From: Mayamaea pseudoterrestris
Lineage: Eukaryota
Direction of reading: 5' to 3'
Length of the DNA: 64,000 nt
Assembly: GCA_027923505.1 (NCBI GenBank)
Contig: BROI01000025.1
Span: 62,001-126,000 of the forward strand
The notes beneath the pieces were generated by a model. It saw only the letters and a program-made list of their open reading frames with translations. It made no database searches and had not been told where the DNA came from. Within the stretch, counting starts at the first letter, position 1, and the number at the start of each line of letters is the position of its first letter. Shown piece after piece: positions 32,282 to 44,595 of this stretch. Position numbers and translations under genes: made by a program.

Positions 32282-33121
32282 TCACTGGTAAAAGTAATCA
32301 TTCAAGTCGGGTATTCCGCAGCTGTCTTGGAGATAGCCTGCCACCATGAGCTTGCCCCAGCCTTGTGAAAGATTTGGCCCACCACGATTTTGGCATAGCT
32401 TGATCTTTTTCTTCAAGTCGAGGTAGCGTCGCTCGCTGCGACCATATTCCTGAAACTGTGTTGGACCAGCCGGAGGAATGAGTCGCATTTCGTTCAAGCC
32501 AGTTGCGGCGTTCAACCAAACGAAAAACTCGTTGATTGCTTGTCGACCTCCTTCCCACCCAGCCGCAGCGTTTGTGACTGTGTCCTTGTCGATTTCGACG
32601 GGCAAGTCGCGGCGATAGCCAGCTGTTGCCTTGGATATGAGCTGAACGTACTTTTCGAACTTGTACTGCGCGTCGCGCATATCGTCCGCGTAGTCTGGAG
32701 GCATGCTCAATCCAAGAATGCGGAACGTATTGGTGAATTCGCGTTCCATGCGGTTTGGATTGCCTTGCCCATTGTTATTGTTCGCCTGGTAAAGGTCGTT
32801 GACGGTTCCATAGTTTGATGGATCTTTCAGCAATTCTTGGAACTCAAAGACGTAAAAGTCTGCAGATGTTTGTAGTGGAACGCGATACTGAAGGTAACTT
32901 CGGACTGCTTCGGGCGGCAAGTCGCTTAGATTCCCGTCACTTGGTCCAGTGAGTTTGCTGGAATCGGCATTTGAAACGAAGGAAAGCAATGGTGTCAAAG
33001 GAGCAAGGCTCGCGAGCTTGAACAGATCGCGGCGTGAAGCAAAAGGTTGGCCTTGAATGTTCAGCGCATTTGACAATTTGATGCACAATAAGGCCGTAGT
33101 TGTGGCTGCAATTACTTTCAT
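32282..33121 (-). CDS. Hypothetical protein with a bipartite (plastid-type) leader
   Basis: ORF 32282..33217; likely start MKVIAATTTALLCIKLSNAL followed by an SRRDLF twin-Arg-like motif. Confidence 0.7.
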   Translation of the reverse strand: MKVIAATTTALLCIKLSNALNIQGQPFASRRDLFKLASLAPLTPLLSFVSNADSSKLTGPSDGNLSDLPPEAVRSYLQYRVPLQTSADFYVFEFQELLKDPSNYGTVNDLYQANNNNGQGNPNRMEREFTNTFRILGLSMPPDYADDMRDAQYKFEKYVQLISKATAGYRRDLPVEIDKDTVTNAAAGWEGGRQAINEFFVWLNAATGLNEMRLIPPAGPTQFQEYGRSERRYLDLKKKIKLCQNRGGPNLSQGWGKLMVAGYLQDSCGIPDLNDYFYQ

Positions 33122-33402
33122 TGGGCAAGTAGGTAGTTGGTTTGTCACTTTGGAATGGCCGAGTAGAAAAAATATGGGCGAAGATCGAAGACGACGAACC
33201 GCGCCGATTAGGATCACATCTGTCGTACTGGTACTTCTGTCGTAGCGAGAACCACTGGTACTGCGTATAAGTCATAGGCGTTCAGCACTGTTATAGACTT
33301 AGGTGGCTGGTGCGGGAACCTACAATTTGTCGACTACGTAGTAAAATCGTAATGTTGTTCACTGATTCAAGCATCTGTTCTTTACAGTAACACTAAGTCA
33401 AA

Positions 33403-33858
33403 CTAGGCAGTCGTTGGACGGCATCGCCATCGAATGCCTTGACTTTCCAAATCTTCCTCAATCTCCTGGTCAAACTGTCCGGTGATAGTGACAGCATACA
33501 CTCCCGGAAGAAAATTGTCCACTCGGATCCAGCGTGCCGCCCAGGAGTTCATGGGATCCATGACGGCAACGTGGCCGTCGTAAAAGGCCGTCGTGCAGCT
33601 GTTGACTCGTTCCATATTGTCCGTCATCTCGAGGAATAAACAATTCTCGCATCCTTCGTCGTAAAACTGCTCCTGCGTTTTTAATAAGCCACATCGCTTG
33701 CAGGCTCGAATGGTGCGCAGATTGTTCGGGACGGAGGCGTTGGCGAGCTCGGCGACTTGGGGAGCGACTCCTTCCTGTCCGTCGTCTTCTTCGTCATCTT
33801 CATCTCCTCGACCATTGTTCATTTCGTCACGTGCGTATGCCATTTTGCTATATTGCAC
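33403..33858 (-). CDS. SPT4: Transcription elongation factor SPT4
   Basis: RACKRCGLLKTQEQFYDEGCENC..CTTAFYDG..MDPMNSWAARWIRV..PGVYAVTITG zinc-ribbon signature. Confidence 0.95.
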   Translation of the reverse strand: MQYSKMAYARDEMNNGRGDEDDEEDDGQEGVAPQVAELANASVPNNLRTIRACKRCGLLKTQEQFYDEGCENCLFLEMTDNMERVNSCTTAFYDGHVAVMDPMNSWAARWIRVDNFLPGVYAVTITGQFDQEIEEDLESQGIRWRCRPTTA

Positions 33859-34343
33859 TCTGTTTGCTTATTACAGTGATTAAAACACAAATGTAGACCA
33901 TGGAAACGACATGACAAGTCGCTTGCTTGGAAGACGGTTGCAATGGGACGCTTCGTACGACGTACGTACAGATCACCATAAACGCTGCGACACAAAACGA
34001 CTTTGCCTGCCTTCGCCAATGATCAAAGGCAAGACGAGAATCATGCTGTCTTGGATTCATCCTTCATTCATTGTCGCGTCGCAGAAGAGCTGCTATTCAT
34101 TGACTGGCTTACTCCGTACAACCTCTACGGTAGCTCCAGAGCACTCTGTGCCCGTCTCAAGAGCCAACTTAACTCGATCTCAATAAGTTTGCTGCAACAG
34201 CCTCGTACGCCCATCGGCGGCCATGCTAGTTAAACAAACTCCCCCTTGTAATAAAATTAATGTTGGTACTTCAAGTAAATAGTTTCCGCTAAGATAGCAA
34301 GGCGATACAAATACTACATAAAACGCGTCAAAGCCGAAAAAGT

Positions 34344-36263
34344 CTACCGAAATCGCGAAGGATCAAATGCAAACATGGACTTGCCGTCCACGTACCCAGT
34401 ACTGGACTTGGCCGACGCAACAAGAGCTCTTCCAGCATTGCCATCGTCATCATCTCCAAATACGTTAAATGCGGGCGTGGCGCGATCATTCATTTGCTCC
34501 TCTACCTCTGCTTCAAGTACGCAACAGGAACATCCTCGGCGGGTAGCTTGCTTGAGCTGCCAATGTTCGGCGGGCAGGCATGTATCCAATAGCACCTTAT
34601 TGGCTATTAAAATAAGCTTGTGAGCAAAGACAACCTCTTGGATGGCTCCCTGCTCATTTGGCGAGAGATCTGAAATGGCGGGGAGCTTGCCGTATGTACT
34701 TGTGAAATCGTCGAGCACCTTTGCAGCAGCATCCATAACTGTAGCTGCTATTTCAGTGGACTTTGTCCCCGTCATGTACTGCAAAAGAGATCGCAGCGAC
34801 CAGTATGCGTTCGTTCCGTGTTCCACCCTGCCGTAAAATAGAAACTCCAACTTGCAAACATATGGTAGGTACGCCGATGCTTCAATCAAATCTGACTTGC
34901 TAGTTTCCTCCAGCAAGCCATCATCCTTGAGCGCAAGGTAGGCATCTGCGCAAGCCATCCAAGTTTCCACAAGGCTGGCATGTACTCGCGATAGTCCCTG
35001 CATGGCGGAAAGATAGCGTGGAAACATTAAGCTTGCTGATTGCTCGAGGCTGGCAGTGAGCGGCGTCGTGGCAGCCACCGAGTCGGTCCATCGTAGCAGC
35101 AGTGCATCATTATTGTCTTGCTCTGTAGTCCCACTTGCTTGATGGTTCTGCAGTCTCAAAGCTGCTTGAATTGTTTGATGACAACCAGCATAGCAAACAA
35201 CGTGGCGATCATCCGGAAAGGTGCGCTGGAGAGGCGCCAACAAGATTGGCACGACGGCCGATGGAAGCATCCAAACCATGGTGCGCGCAACGGTTCGTCG
35301 GCGGCGGGCATTATTATCGCTTGTGGTACCATCGTCGTGGTGAACGCTAACATGCAGGAGCGCGTGCAATCGGCAAAGGCCATGCAAAAGCTTGTCCAAC
35401 GTAGTCTGCGACAAGGCCCGACGCTCGACCAGCACAGCCAGCTGCACCAGCCATAGTGGCGTCTGCAGATTGACGATATTGCTGAATAAGCTAGTTTTGT
35501 TACTGCTGTCTGATTTTATTCGTGCATTGTTCGTGGCAGCATTTGTCTGCGAAACGAGCGCATTCAGGAGACTCGAAATGACGCGACTTCCCAATCCGCA
35601 GGCTCCATCCGCGACGAATAAGTTAGTATTTGAAGTCACGCGTCGATCCATGGCATCGGCTAAACAAGTGGCGAACATTGTGACTGACATTTGGTGGTAG
35701 GTTAGAGTTGCTGATGTTGCATCTTTTTGCTGTATCCATACGTAGTAGTCGCGCGACCCATGCACATTCTCCTTGGTGTCGCGGCCAATCCTTGCAATCT
35801 GAAAGGTTGCAGAGTCATTTTCTACATTCTTAACTGTCGTCGTTGCTAGTATCTTCTGCAGCAATGCTTCCAATTCGGCCTGCGTCTGAACAAAGTCGGT
35901 TCCCATCAACTCGGCTTGGTCAGCATCCTCCTGAGTCGTAGTTGCTACACTACCGGTAGCATTAGTGCTTTGCGTAACATGATTCACCCGCATATTTTGC
36001 ACAGCCCGAGAAAGTGCTTGCGTCCACCTTGCTGCATACCACGAGCGACGCTGCCTCTGCAGTCGACCGGGCGAGAGCAGCAAGCGACTTGCAAAATCAG
36101 TCTGCAGCAAGATTAATCCAGTCGCAGTGGCTGCCGCCAGCGCCGTGGAACCAAGCAGCAGCCATGATGAGTCGGAGTCTTGATTCATAATAATTGTTAA
36201 ATAGTAGCTGCTGCGAAAGTTGGGAGAATTGCTACTCCTACGTAGAAAGAAGTACAGTAGCAA
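34344..36263 (-). CDS. Hypothetical protein with an N-terminal hydrophobic anchor (likely start MNQDSD ~36188)
   Basis: 1.9 kb ORF; no family recognised. Confidence 0.7.
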   Translation of the reverse strand: MLLYFFLRRSSNSPNFRSSYYLTIIMNQDSDSSWLLLGSTALAAATATGLILLQTDFASRLLLSPGRLQRQRRSWYAARWTQALSRAVQNMRVNHVTQSTNATGSVATTTQEDADQAELMGTDFVQTQAELEALLQKILATTTVKNVENDSATFQIARIGRDTKENVHGSRDYYVWIQQKDATSATLTYHQMSVTMFATCLADAMDRRVTSNTNLFVADGACGLGSRVISSLLNALVSQTNAATNNARIKSDSSNKTSLFSNIVNLQTPLWLVQLAVLVERRALSQTTLDKLLHGLCRLHALLHVSVHHDDGTTSDNNARRRRTVARTMVWMLPSAVVPILLAPLQRTFPDDRHVVCYAGCHQTIQAALRLQNHQASGTTEQDNNDALLLRWTDSVAATTPLTASLEQSASLMFPRYLSAMQGLSRVHASLVETWMACADAYLALKDDGLLEETSKSDLIEASAYLPYVCKLEFLFYGRVEHGTNAYWSLRSLLQYMTGTKSTEIAATVMDAAAKVLDDFTSTYGKLPAISDLSPNEQGAIQEVVFAHKLILIANKVLLDTCLPAEHWQLKQATRRGCSCCVLEAEVEEQMNDRATPAFNVFGDDDDGNAGRALVASAKSSTGYVDGKSMFAFDPSRFR

Positions 36264-36656
36264 TAGTTGTCCAGGTAAAAACGAATGATCCCCATGGTGA
36301 GCTTCGAGCTTCGGCAGTCACGCTGAGACATCGAGCTATGTGTTGCATGACTTTTATGTTCTTAGCACCAGCTGAGACCAAAGCGCTCACGTCAAGCGAA
36401 GCAGGCTTGAGTATCAGGCCAATAGGTATTGCAAATGAGCTTGCTTTATCAGGCTTATCTCATTGTAATTCTACCATTGATAAAGAAAACTTAGTAGCTA
36501 AGAGCAACTTTTGAGTGCAGCTCGCGCACGTCTGCAATTTTAATTCAAGTAGTTTAAGAAGTACCAAAATGTAAATTTCTATTATTTATATATAATATAT
36601 GAGTCAAAGTCTCGCTTGTCAAAGCATCCTGTGCCTCGCATCATAAATCATGTCAA

Positions 36657-37619
36657 TTACTGAGGTTGATCTATCTCCCTGACAGCCTGCACGGCTCCCA
36701 CGACTCGCTCCAACGACTCGGCCTGAGCATGTTCAGGATGCGTCGCTAGGTAAATGGATATGATGACAAGAATCTTGATAAAGTCTCGTAAAAGATCTTC
36801 AACATCGCCTCCAAAGCCCTGAAGTGCAACATCCTGATCGGGCAAAACATCCAGCAATAAGTTCAGTATGTCGTGCTCCAACAAGCCTTCAATAAACTTG
36901 CAGTTCCATTTTGATAAACAATTCTCAAAGTTATCTGTCTGGACGCACTCGTCAAAGCTGCGAGCAATGTGTGTAATCATGTCGCCAGCCTGCTCGTTCA
37001 AGTGTTTGCGCGTCGAAGTCACGACAGTATGCAGTGTCAACAATCCAAGCTCGGATCGAATCTTTGGCTGCGTGAAGTCGCCCATTACCATGAGCACCAA
37101 AAATCCCCGAATGACGAGTGGATGATCAACGTAGTAGTTGGTGTAGTCTACAACCTCCGCCAGGAGTGACTGAACATGTTTGGAATTGACACGACGCAAG
37201 TCGGACAGTTCATGAATCACATAACTCATGCGCCGACAGGCATCCGTCACCATCAAATCCTTGTAGTAGCTTGCAACGAGCTCGGTTATACCAGGTTCTG
37301 GAAATGAGCGATTGCAGCAGAGTTGCGTCGTTCGAACGCGTTCCTGCAAGCGAAGATGGCATTTGGATTGAGGTTTCGTCACTGAGCCGGAGCTTGACGT
37401 CTTTCCTGTAGTCGACGTGTTCTCCGTCTTGGGCTTGAGTATATCGTTTTGAGCCGAACGACCAATGATTGCCTTCCAGAAAGATACGATATTCTGCCAG
37501 AACCAGCGCGCAATCATCAACCATATTGTAGTTGTAGGCGACGTCGTCGTCGAAGTCGTCGCCGCTGCAGCTTCCTTCTTGATTTTGTTCTTCTTGATCT
37601 TGCTTTTCTTTCGCGTCAT
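36657..37619 (-). CDS. Hypothetical protein (320 aa)
   Basis: ATG-initiated ORF with Lys-rich N-terminus and a helical-looking C-terminal half. Confidence 0.6.
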   Translation of the reverse strand: MTRKKSKIKKNKIKKEAAAATTSTTTSPTTTIWLMIARWFWQNIVSFWKAIIGRSAQNDILKPKTENTSTTGKTSSSGSVTKPQSKCHLRLQERVRTTQLCCNRSFPEPGITELVASYYKDLMVTDACRRMSYVIHELSDLRRVNSKHVQSLLAEVVDYTNYYVDHPLVIRGFLVLMVMGDFTQPKIRSELGLLTLHTVVTSTRKHLNEQAGDMITHIARSFDECVQTDNFENCLSKWNCKFIEGLLEHDILNLLLDVLPDQDVALQGFGGDVEDLLRDFIKILVIISIYLATHPEHAQAESLERVVGAVQAVREIDQPQ

Positions 37620-38798
37620 TGTTTTGTCCTTCCTCTAGAGTATGTATGAATTGAACGGGAGATGCGCAAACTTGGCTGCGTTTTTCTTTGAGTGGATACA
37701 GCCTTGTTCTGCCGCGCCGAATGGATCTTTGGTGCGCGACGACGCGCCTGTCATGCTGCCAAATTCTTGTGAATCATTATCATTCCATAGTTACTAAACG
37801 AAATAGAGTACTGCGAATCATGCAGTGTACATTACAACTCATACGCATCGTGAATACTTCATCAACGACTTCATCGTTTCGCCGCGCTACTTCACCGTTC
37901 CACCGCTACTTTATCTTTGCAATGCCAGATTATGTACGGGGAGAGCAAGTAAATCATACCAATGTGGAGCCTTGGTTGTTGATGCAGAAAAGGCTTTTAT
38001 CTACCCAATTCACATCAATAACACGGATGCAGAACTTGCATTAGTCAGTCAGGGCCAGACGAATCTTGTCAACCAACTCATTTGTGAGTCCTACCAAAAC
38101 CTTCATCCTCCTTTTATTATCTACCGTAACCTCTTGTTGCATGCCTTATTGGTCTTTTACTTTCCAAACAAATCGGTAAAGACCAAAAGACCACGTTAAT
38201 ATCAGCTCGCACCCGAGTAGAACCGGAGTAACTTTAATTCTGAGGTCCGCTATTGTCATTCGTGCTCAAACACCTACGATGGTCTTGGATGGCAACCAGT
38301 GTTTGGCCCTGCATAGCTCGCGATTTCGTATACTCCAGTCAAACGTCAGCGAGGCGACAAGACTTGACTGCAGCCGCCGTGATCGTGGTCCATCGTGGTA
38401 CGAAGATATTGTTGTGATGCTGCGAAGGGAACAATGACCTAAGCCCAACTGCGATACGCCATGCACGGATCGGCTTGGTCTTCAATGTGCGATTTCGCAG
38501 GCGTCAAAGTGGATACCAGTACTCCTTTTGGATTACAAATGCATAGTTGGTCTATGAATAGCGTAGTGTAGGGACATGCCAGTCGCAAAGGAGTTTGGAG
38601 TAGGCCCAAACGAACAATCGCATTCTCTTCAGGGCAATATTCTTAGCACGTTCAATTATATGCAAAAGTCCGGAAGTACGAATGGGCAATATCTTCAGAA
38701 TGACTGCATCTCAGAGTTGCCCCGGCACCTCGACGAACGATGATCCATGCGCTGCACCTCTCACTTTCATCGCGACGAAGAAGGTTTAGTTCGCCACC

Positions 38799-41700
38799 AT
38801 GTTTACCAGCTCTCTCTTTACCCTGGCATTCGTGCTGGGTGTATTCAACCACGCTCCTCTTGCTGATGCAGGAAGTAAGTAGAAATTGTGAGCAGAGGCA
38901 TTATTTCCAAGCGAGTGGATGGTTACGCCGAGAACGAGAGCATGATTTGTAATATTCTCTGACTCTCGCTCGCTCGATTCTTTATCACTGCAGAACCCGT
39001 TGCCCCGGCTCCGGTCAAACCTCCGACATCTGCTCCCGTCAAAGCCCCAACGAAAGCACCAGTCGCTGCAGCGCTAACCGGTGGCAGTTGCGCCAATCCC
39101 CTTGCCAAGTTCGCCGATGGAACTACCAAAATGTGCTTCCCCGCCATTGCCGGACAGTGGTACAATGCGGGCAGCGTCTGCGTCGAGTTGCTCAACGGAG
39201 TGACGGACTCGGTCAAGGTCACTTACGATACGGCGGATAGCGGCTACTGCTTGACGGAAGTGCAGGCATACCTGGGGGAGAATCCAGGCTCAAGTCCAGG
39301 CCAATTTCCAGCCAAGGCCACTGGCCTCACCACCTCGAGTTGCGTCACCAACTACTCGCTCACGACGACACTGCCACTCAAGTGCTGCTCCAGCTCCACC
39401 ACCTGGACCAACAAGCCGTACAAGCTCGCCGCTCACTCGCACGTTCAGTTTGCCAATGGCGGCGGCGGTCAGACGGCTTGGAGCGACGGCGATGAAATTG
39501 ATGGCGGCTCGTGGGCCACCTACTCGCCGGTTGTGGTGAATTGCGATTGCTCGGCCATTACCGTCAAGGCTCCGACAAAGGTGAGTGTGTTTTCATAAAT
39601 GAGTCATGACTGTTAATGTTCCCACTGTCGTGGTCGTCGTCTGCGACCGGTAGCGTTACGCCCTCTAATCGCGTCAAATTTATTACACTTTGCAGGCTCC
39701 AGTCAAGCCACCGACTAAAGCACCGACAAAGGTATGTTTAGGTTATTCAAATGAATTAAAGCTTGCCTCTTGTGTTTGTTACTTTATCGACCCGCGTCTC
39801 TTGCGCTCGATTTTGACGCGCTTCCTCTTGCTCACATCCTTCGTTCGCTTGCCCCACAAAGTCACCAACGAAGGCACCAACGAAGGCACCGACGAAGGCA
39901 CCAACGAAGGCACCAACAAAAGCACCAACCAAATCACCGACCAAAAAACCGACAAAAGCACCAACGAAGGCACCCACCAAATCTCCGACCAAAAAACCAA
40001 CGAAACAGCCTACAAAAGCTCCGACGAAGGCAAGTTCTTGTGCATGCTCGTTCACACGCTCGTCATTCCAGACACTAACACACTCATCTCCGATAACCAA
40101 CCTTTCAGGCTCCCACCAAGTCACCAACAAAGGTGAGTGTGCTGAGCTGGCCTGTTGTTGACGTGGCGTTTTCTCGCGACCAATTGTTGCTCTTTTTGGC
40201 TTCTTCCCTCAATTAAATTTTTGTTTTCCGTTTACAGTCACCAACACGTAGTCCGACAAAGCAGCCGACGAAGAGTCCCACAAAGGTGAGTGTTGCAGCA
40301 GTTATACTTTTCGAGTCGCTTACCAATAATTGTATTTGTAGACAACAACTCACCAACAAAATCGTGTCAATCCACAGTCGCCAACACGTAGCCCGACGAA
40401 GCAGCCGACGAAGAGTCCCACAAAGGTAAGTTGGCGAGTGTGTTGCTGCTGTCATGTGACTAGAAATACAACATGAACCACTGTCACCTTACCCCACATG
40501 TCTTGTGACGTCCCACCGCGCAGAACCCAACCAAAGCTCCTGTCAAACCACCTACAAATGCTCCGGTCAAGCCGCCCACGAATGCGCCCCAGAAACCACC
40601 AACGAACAAGCCGGTTAAACCACCAACGAATGCTCCAGTCAAGCCGCCGACGAATGCTCCAGTTAAACCACCAACCAACGCACCTGTCAAGCCACCCACC
40701 AACAAACCGGTCAAACCTCCTACTGGTGCGCCAGTCAAACCTCCAACTAGTGCACCGATCAAACCGCCAACAAGCGCTCCAGTTGCGGCACCCGTTGGCT
40801 TTGCCGTTACTCCAACATCTTGCTCAAATCCCGTCGCAACGTTTTCGGATGGCAGCATGAAGCAATGTTTCCCAACCAAGGTAGGCTCTTCTTTGTGCCC
40901 TCACGTCTGTTTGCAATGCATCGTGTTGCTGATTCTCCCCTTTTCTATAATCTCGGCGTTTTTCGCAGGCTGGACAAAATTATAATGCAGGAGAAGTTTG
41001 TGCTGAGATTTTGAATGGGAACACAGATAAGGTCAAGATAACCTACAACACGACAGGCACGGCTTACTGCTTAACCGAAGTACAGGCCTATTTGGGAGAA
41101 TCGATGCCTTCCGCGGTCCCTGGGCAATATCCCACCAAGGCTACTGATCTTCCCACGGCAGGCTGCTTTCAAGTCTACTCAGTCACAACTGACCTCATCC
41201 CGAAATGTTGCACAACAACGACGACATGGTCCAACAAGTCTTTCAAACTGGCCGCGCACTCGCATGTTCAATTCGCCAATGGAGTTGGAGGTCAAACTGC
41301 TTGGAGCACTGGAGCAGATCTGCCTGGCGGTTCATGGGCCATGTACTCACCCGTCGTTCTCAACTGTGGCTGCTCTTCGAACATTAACCCGGCACCTGTG
41401 AAAGCTCCTACAGCGGTAAGTGAAAGCGCGTGTGAATCGAGGCAGCCTTCATTACTGCCATTATTCACTTTGCCGCGATTTATGACTAATCATTGACATT
41501 TTAAATGTTGTCAGGTCCCTGTAAAGACGACTGCTGCCCCAGTCAAACAGCCAACAAATGCTCCTCAGAAACCACCAACGAATGCTCCACAGAAACAGCC
41601 AACGAATGCTCCTGTAAAATCTCCTACAAGCGCTCCGGTCACTGCGCCGATTGCGTTTGCACCCCCAGTCTCAACAGGCGATGCTTGCTCGGCATACTAT

Positions 41701-43613
41701 CCAGCAGACGGGTCGACAAAAAGGTGCTACAAGATGCTTGCCGGGCAAACTATTCCAGCGGGTGAAGCATGTGTGCAAGTGGTTAACAGCCCTGCCGGAG
41801 ACACTGCCAAGATTACATACAATATGACCAGTTCTGCTGCTTGTTTGAAAGAGGTTCATGCATACTTTGGTGACTCAATTCCTGTCAACAACGGTGGCAA
41901 TCCAAACCCTGGCGGTTTCCCGATGACTGACAGTTCACTCTCAGGCTGCACCAAATTGTACACCTTCACGACTCCTTTACCTACAGACTGCTCCAAGAAC
42001 AGCGTATTCAGTAACAAGGTTTGGAGACTGGCAGCTCACGCGTCAGTCCAATTCACAGATGGGAATGGTGGTCAAACTGCGTGGAGTGTGGGTAAAGATG
42101 TGAAAAATGGGGGTAGTTGGGCAACCTACTCGGAAGTCATTCTCTCTTGTACTTGTGGGGCCATCCCTCCAGTCACGGCCCCCGTAACGATGCCTACAAA
42201 AGCACCAACAAAAGTAAGCTTCTAATGGTGTAGCATTGTTGCTCAGTTTTGTGTGCTTCACTTGTCTTACAATGCCGTTCTTGCTCACAGATTCCAACCA
42301 AGGCACCAAGCAAAGCTCCAACAGGTAAGCCAACTGGCAAGCCAACCGGGAAGCCAACTGGCAAACCAACCGGCAAACCTACCGGTAAACCAACAGGCAA
42401 GCCAACAGGCAAGCCAACAGGCAAGCCAACAGGCAAGCCAACAGGCAAGCCAACCAGCAAACCAACCAGCAAACCAACCAGCAAACCAACAGGCAAACCA
42501 ACTGGCAAGCCAACCGGCAAGCCAACTGGTAAGCCTACTGCTAAACCAACAGGCAAGCCCACCAGAAAGCCAACTGGTAAACCGACTGGCAAGCCTACCA
42601 AAAAGCCCACAGGCAAGCCAACTGGAAAGCCAAGCAAAGCTCCAACACGCAGTCCTACAGTTGCTCCAACACTTGCTCCAACACTTGCTCCAACTAAACC
42701 ACCAACTAACGTTGGCGCGGATGGCTGCTTTGCTTCATTCACAACTGGGTCAATGACAAGCTGCTACCCTGCCGTTGCTGGCAAGAATTATGGTGCAGGC
42801 CAAGTGTGTGCTGAGCTTTTGAATGGTGATAATGGTGACTCAGTCAAGATCACGTATGATACCACTGGTAGCAACTACTGCTTGACAGAAGTCCAAGCTT
42901 ACTTTGGTGACACAATCCCCACCAACAAGGTAGGCAATCCTATGATCGGCAACTTTCCAGCAAAAGCCACCATGAGTGGGTCTTGCATCAAGACCTACAC
43001 ACTCCAAACTCCACTGGTCCCTGGATGTGTTGCTGGTGCTGAATTCATGAATCGCATTTACAAGTTTGCTGCTCATTCTCATGTTCAGTTTGCGGATGGT
43101 TCAGGTGGGCAAACAGCATGGACCAAAGGCACAGAAATTATTGCTGGAGGAAGCTGGGCAATGTACTCGGAAGCTGCATTGAATTGTAAGTGTGTTGCAC
43201 CAACAAAAGCTCCAACGCGCAGCCCAACAAAACTGCCAACGGGGAAACCAACAGGCAAGCCCACCAAGAAGCCTACTAGTAAGCCAACTGGGAAGCCAAC
43301 TGGCAAGCCCACCAAGAAGCCTACTGGTAAACCAACTGGAAAACCAAGCAAAGCTCCTACTGGAAAGCCAACTGGCAAGCCCACCAAGATGCCTACTGGA
43401 AAGCCTACTAGCAAGCCCACCAAGATGCCTACTGGTAAGCCTACAGAAGCTCCTAGCAAGTCTCCCACGTTTGCTCCAACGTCATCACCTACTGGAGGCC
43501 CAACTAGTGCTCCCACCTCCGAACAAACCTTTGAGCCGCTTCCTAATTGCCCGACTGCTGAGAGTCCCAAGATTCTTCACTTTCAGCCTGACGAAGCTGC
43601 CTATGAGCTCTAA
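38799..43613 (+). CDS. Secreted mucin-like P-T-K repeat protein with four copies of a ~125-aa Cys-rich domain; exons 38799-38874, 38994-39580, 39696-39731, 39862-40029, 40109-40132, 40238-40285, 40378-40425, 40524-40880, 40969-41415, 41515-42213, 42291-43613
   Basis: Signal peptide [25 protein letters not shown]; xPTK/PTGK tetrapeptide arrays; repeated [46 protein letters not shown] domain; splice sites read from the sequence keep the frame. Confidence 0.85.
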
Positions 43614-44051
43614 GAAGGTTTCATTGCTGTCGGTTTATCATATAATTAAGATAGTTTAGCAACTCTGGTTTAATGCTTTTATTATGTCTCTGACATAATA
43701 GCAGTTTGTATCGTGGCCATGGCAGATGGCAACAGTGATGCAGATGGTGACATGAAGGCATTTCTATTGGTAGATCAATTCTGGTCTCATCCTTGCGCAT
43801 GATATTCCACTTTTTTGTGCTCGACGGCCAACGTGGAGTATGTATCATAGCAACCTTTACTCTTTACAGTAGCAGTGTACATATATTGAAACTGGTCGGT
43901 CGTGCGTTGCATTTTTATTTTGGTTGCTTGCAATCGCGACGTCGAACCATCATGTTACTTCATTGGCAAATATATTCAAAATTGTTGTTTGTTATCTATT
44001 TGATTCACTCCCGCTTTCGACAGTGGAATCCACCATCCTCCTTTTGTCATC

Positions 44052-44366
44052 TTTCAAACTGCCATAACATACTCAATGTGCGCCCTATTGCAACCAACCA
44101 AGCTCAATAGACGGTGGTTACAGCGGTGGATATGTCGTCTGAATTAGAACGCGAATATCTATTGTGGTTGCAAAGTTACAGACGATGTAATGCCACGCAT
44201 TTCCATTTTCAATTATGCTCGCCATTCAAACAGCCATAACATACCCAATATGGGACCAATCGCAACCAAAACAATCTCAATAGAGGGCGGTGACAACGGT
44301 GGAGATGACGTAATAATTACGATACGATTTGCTAATGTAGTTCAAAAGTTACAGACGATGTAATGC
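44052..44366. repeat. Degenerate two-copy tandem repeat, period ~174 bp
   Basis: TTCAAAC.GCCATAACATAC.CAAT..GCAACCAA..CTCAATAGA..AAAGTTACAGACGATGTAATGC occurs at ~44052-44192 and ~44225-44366. Confidence 0.75.
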
Positions 44367-44384
44367 GGAACATGTGGCCATGGT

Positions 44385-44595
44385 TGTTGGATCTAGAATA
44401 TATCTTGCGCGCCCTTGAAGCGACACTAATGATTAAGCAGAACAGAGTCAATAAAACCACTTTACTTATTTTCTCCAAGAAGTGATCGTCCTCGATCCAC
44501 TCCTTCGGTTGCCGCTTACCGCGCTTACTTAAATGTGACCGTCTTCGTGACGTCACCGCTGCCGCTTCGGTTTGGGTTCTCATCCATGCTCAACA
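44385..44595 (-). repeat. Copia 3' LTR (211 bp)
   Basis: Identical by eye to 49348-49519 plus 50201-50239. Confidence 0.95.

Noticed and set aside
42194..43570. VGLP-repeat ORFs on the - strand (also 39756, 40484, 53973)
   Set aside because: Reverse-complement read-out of the PTGK repeats
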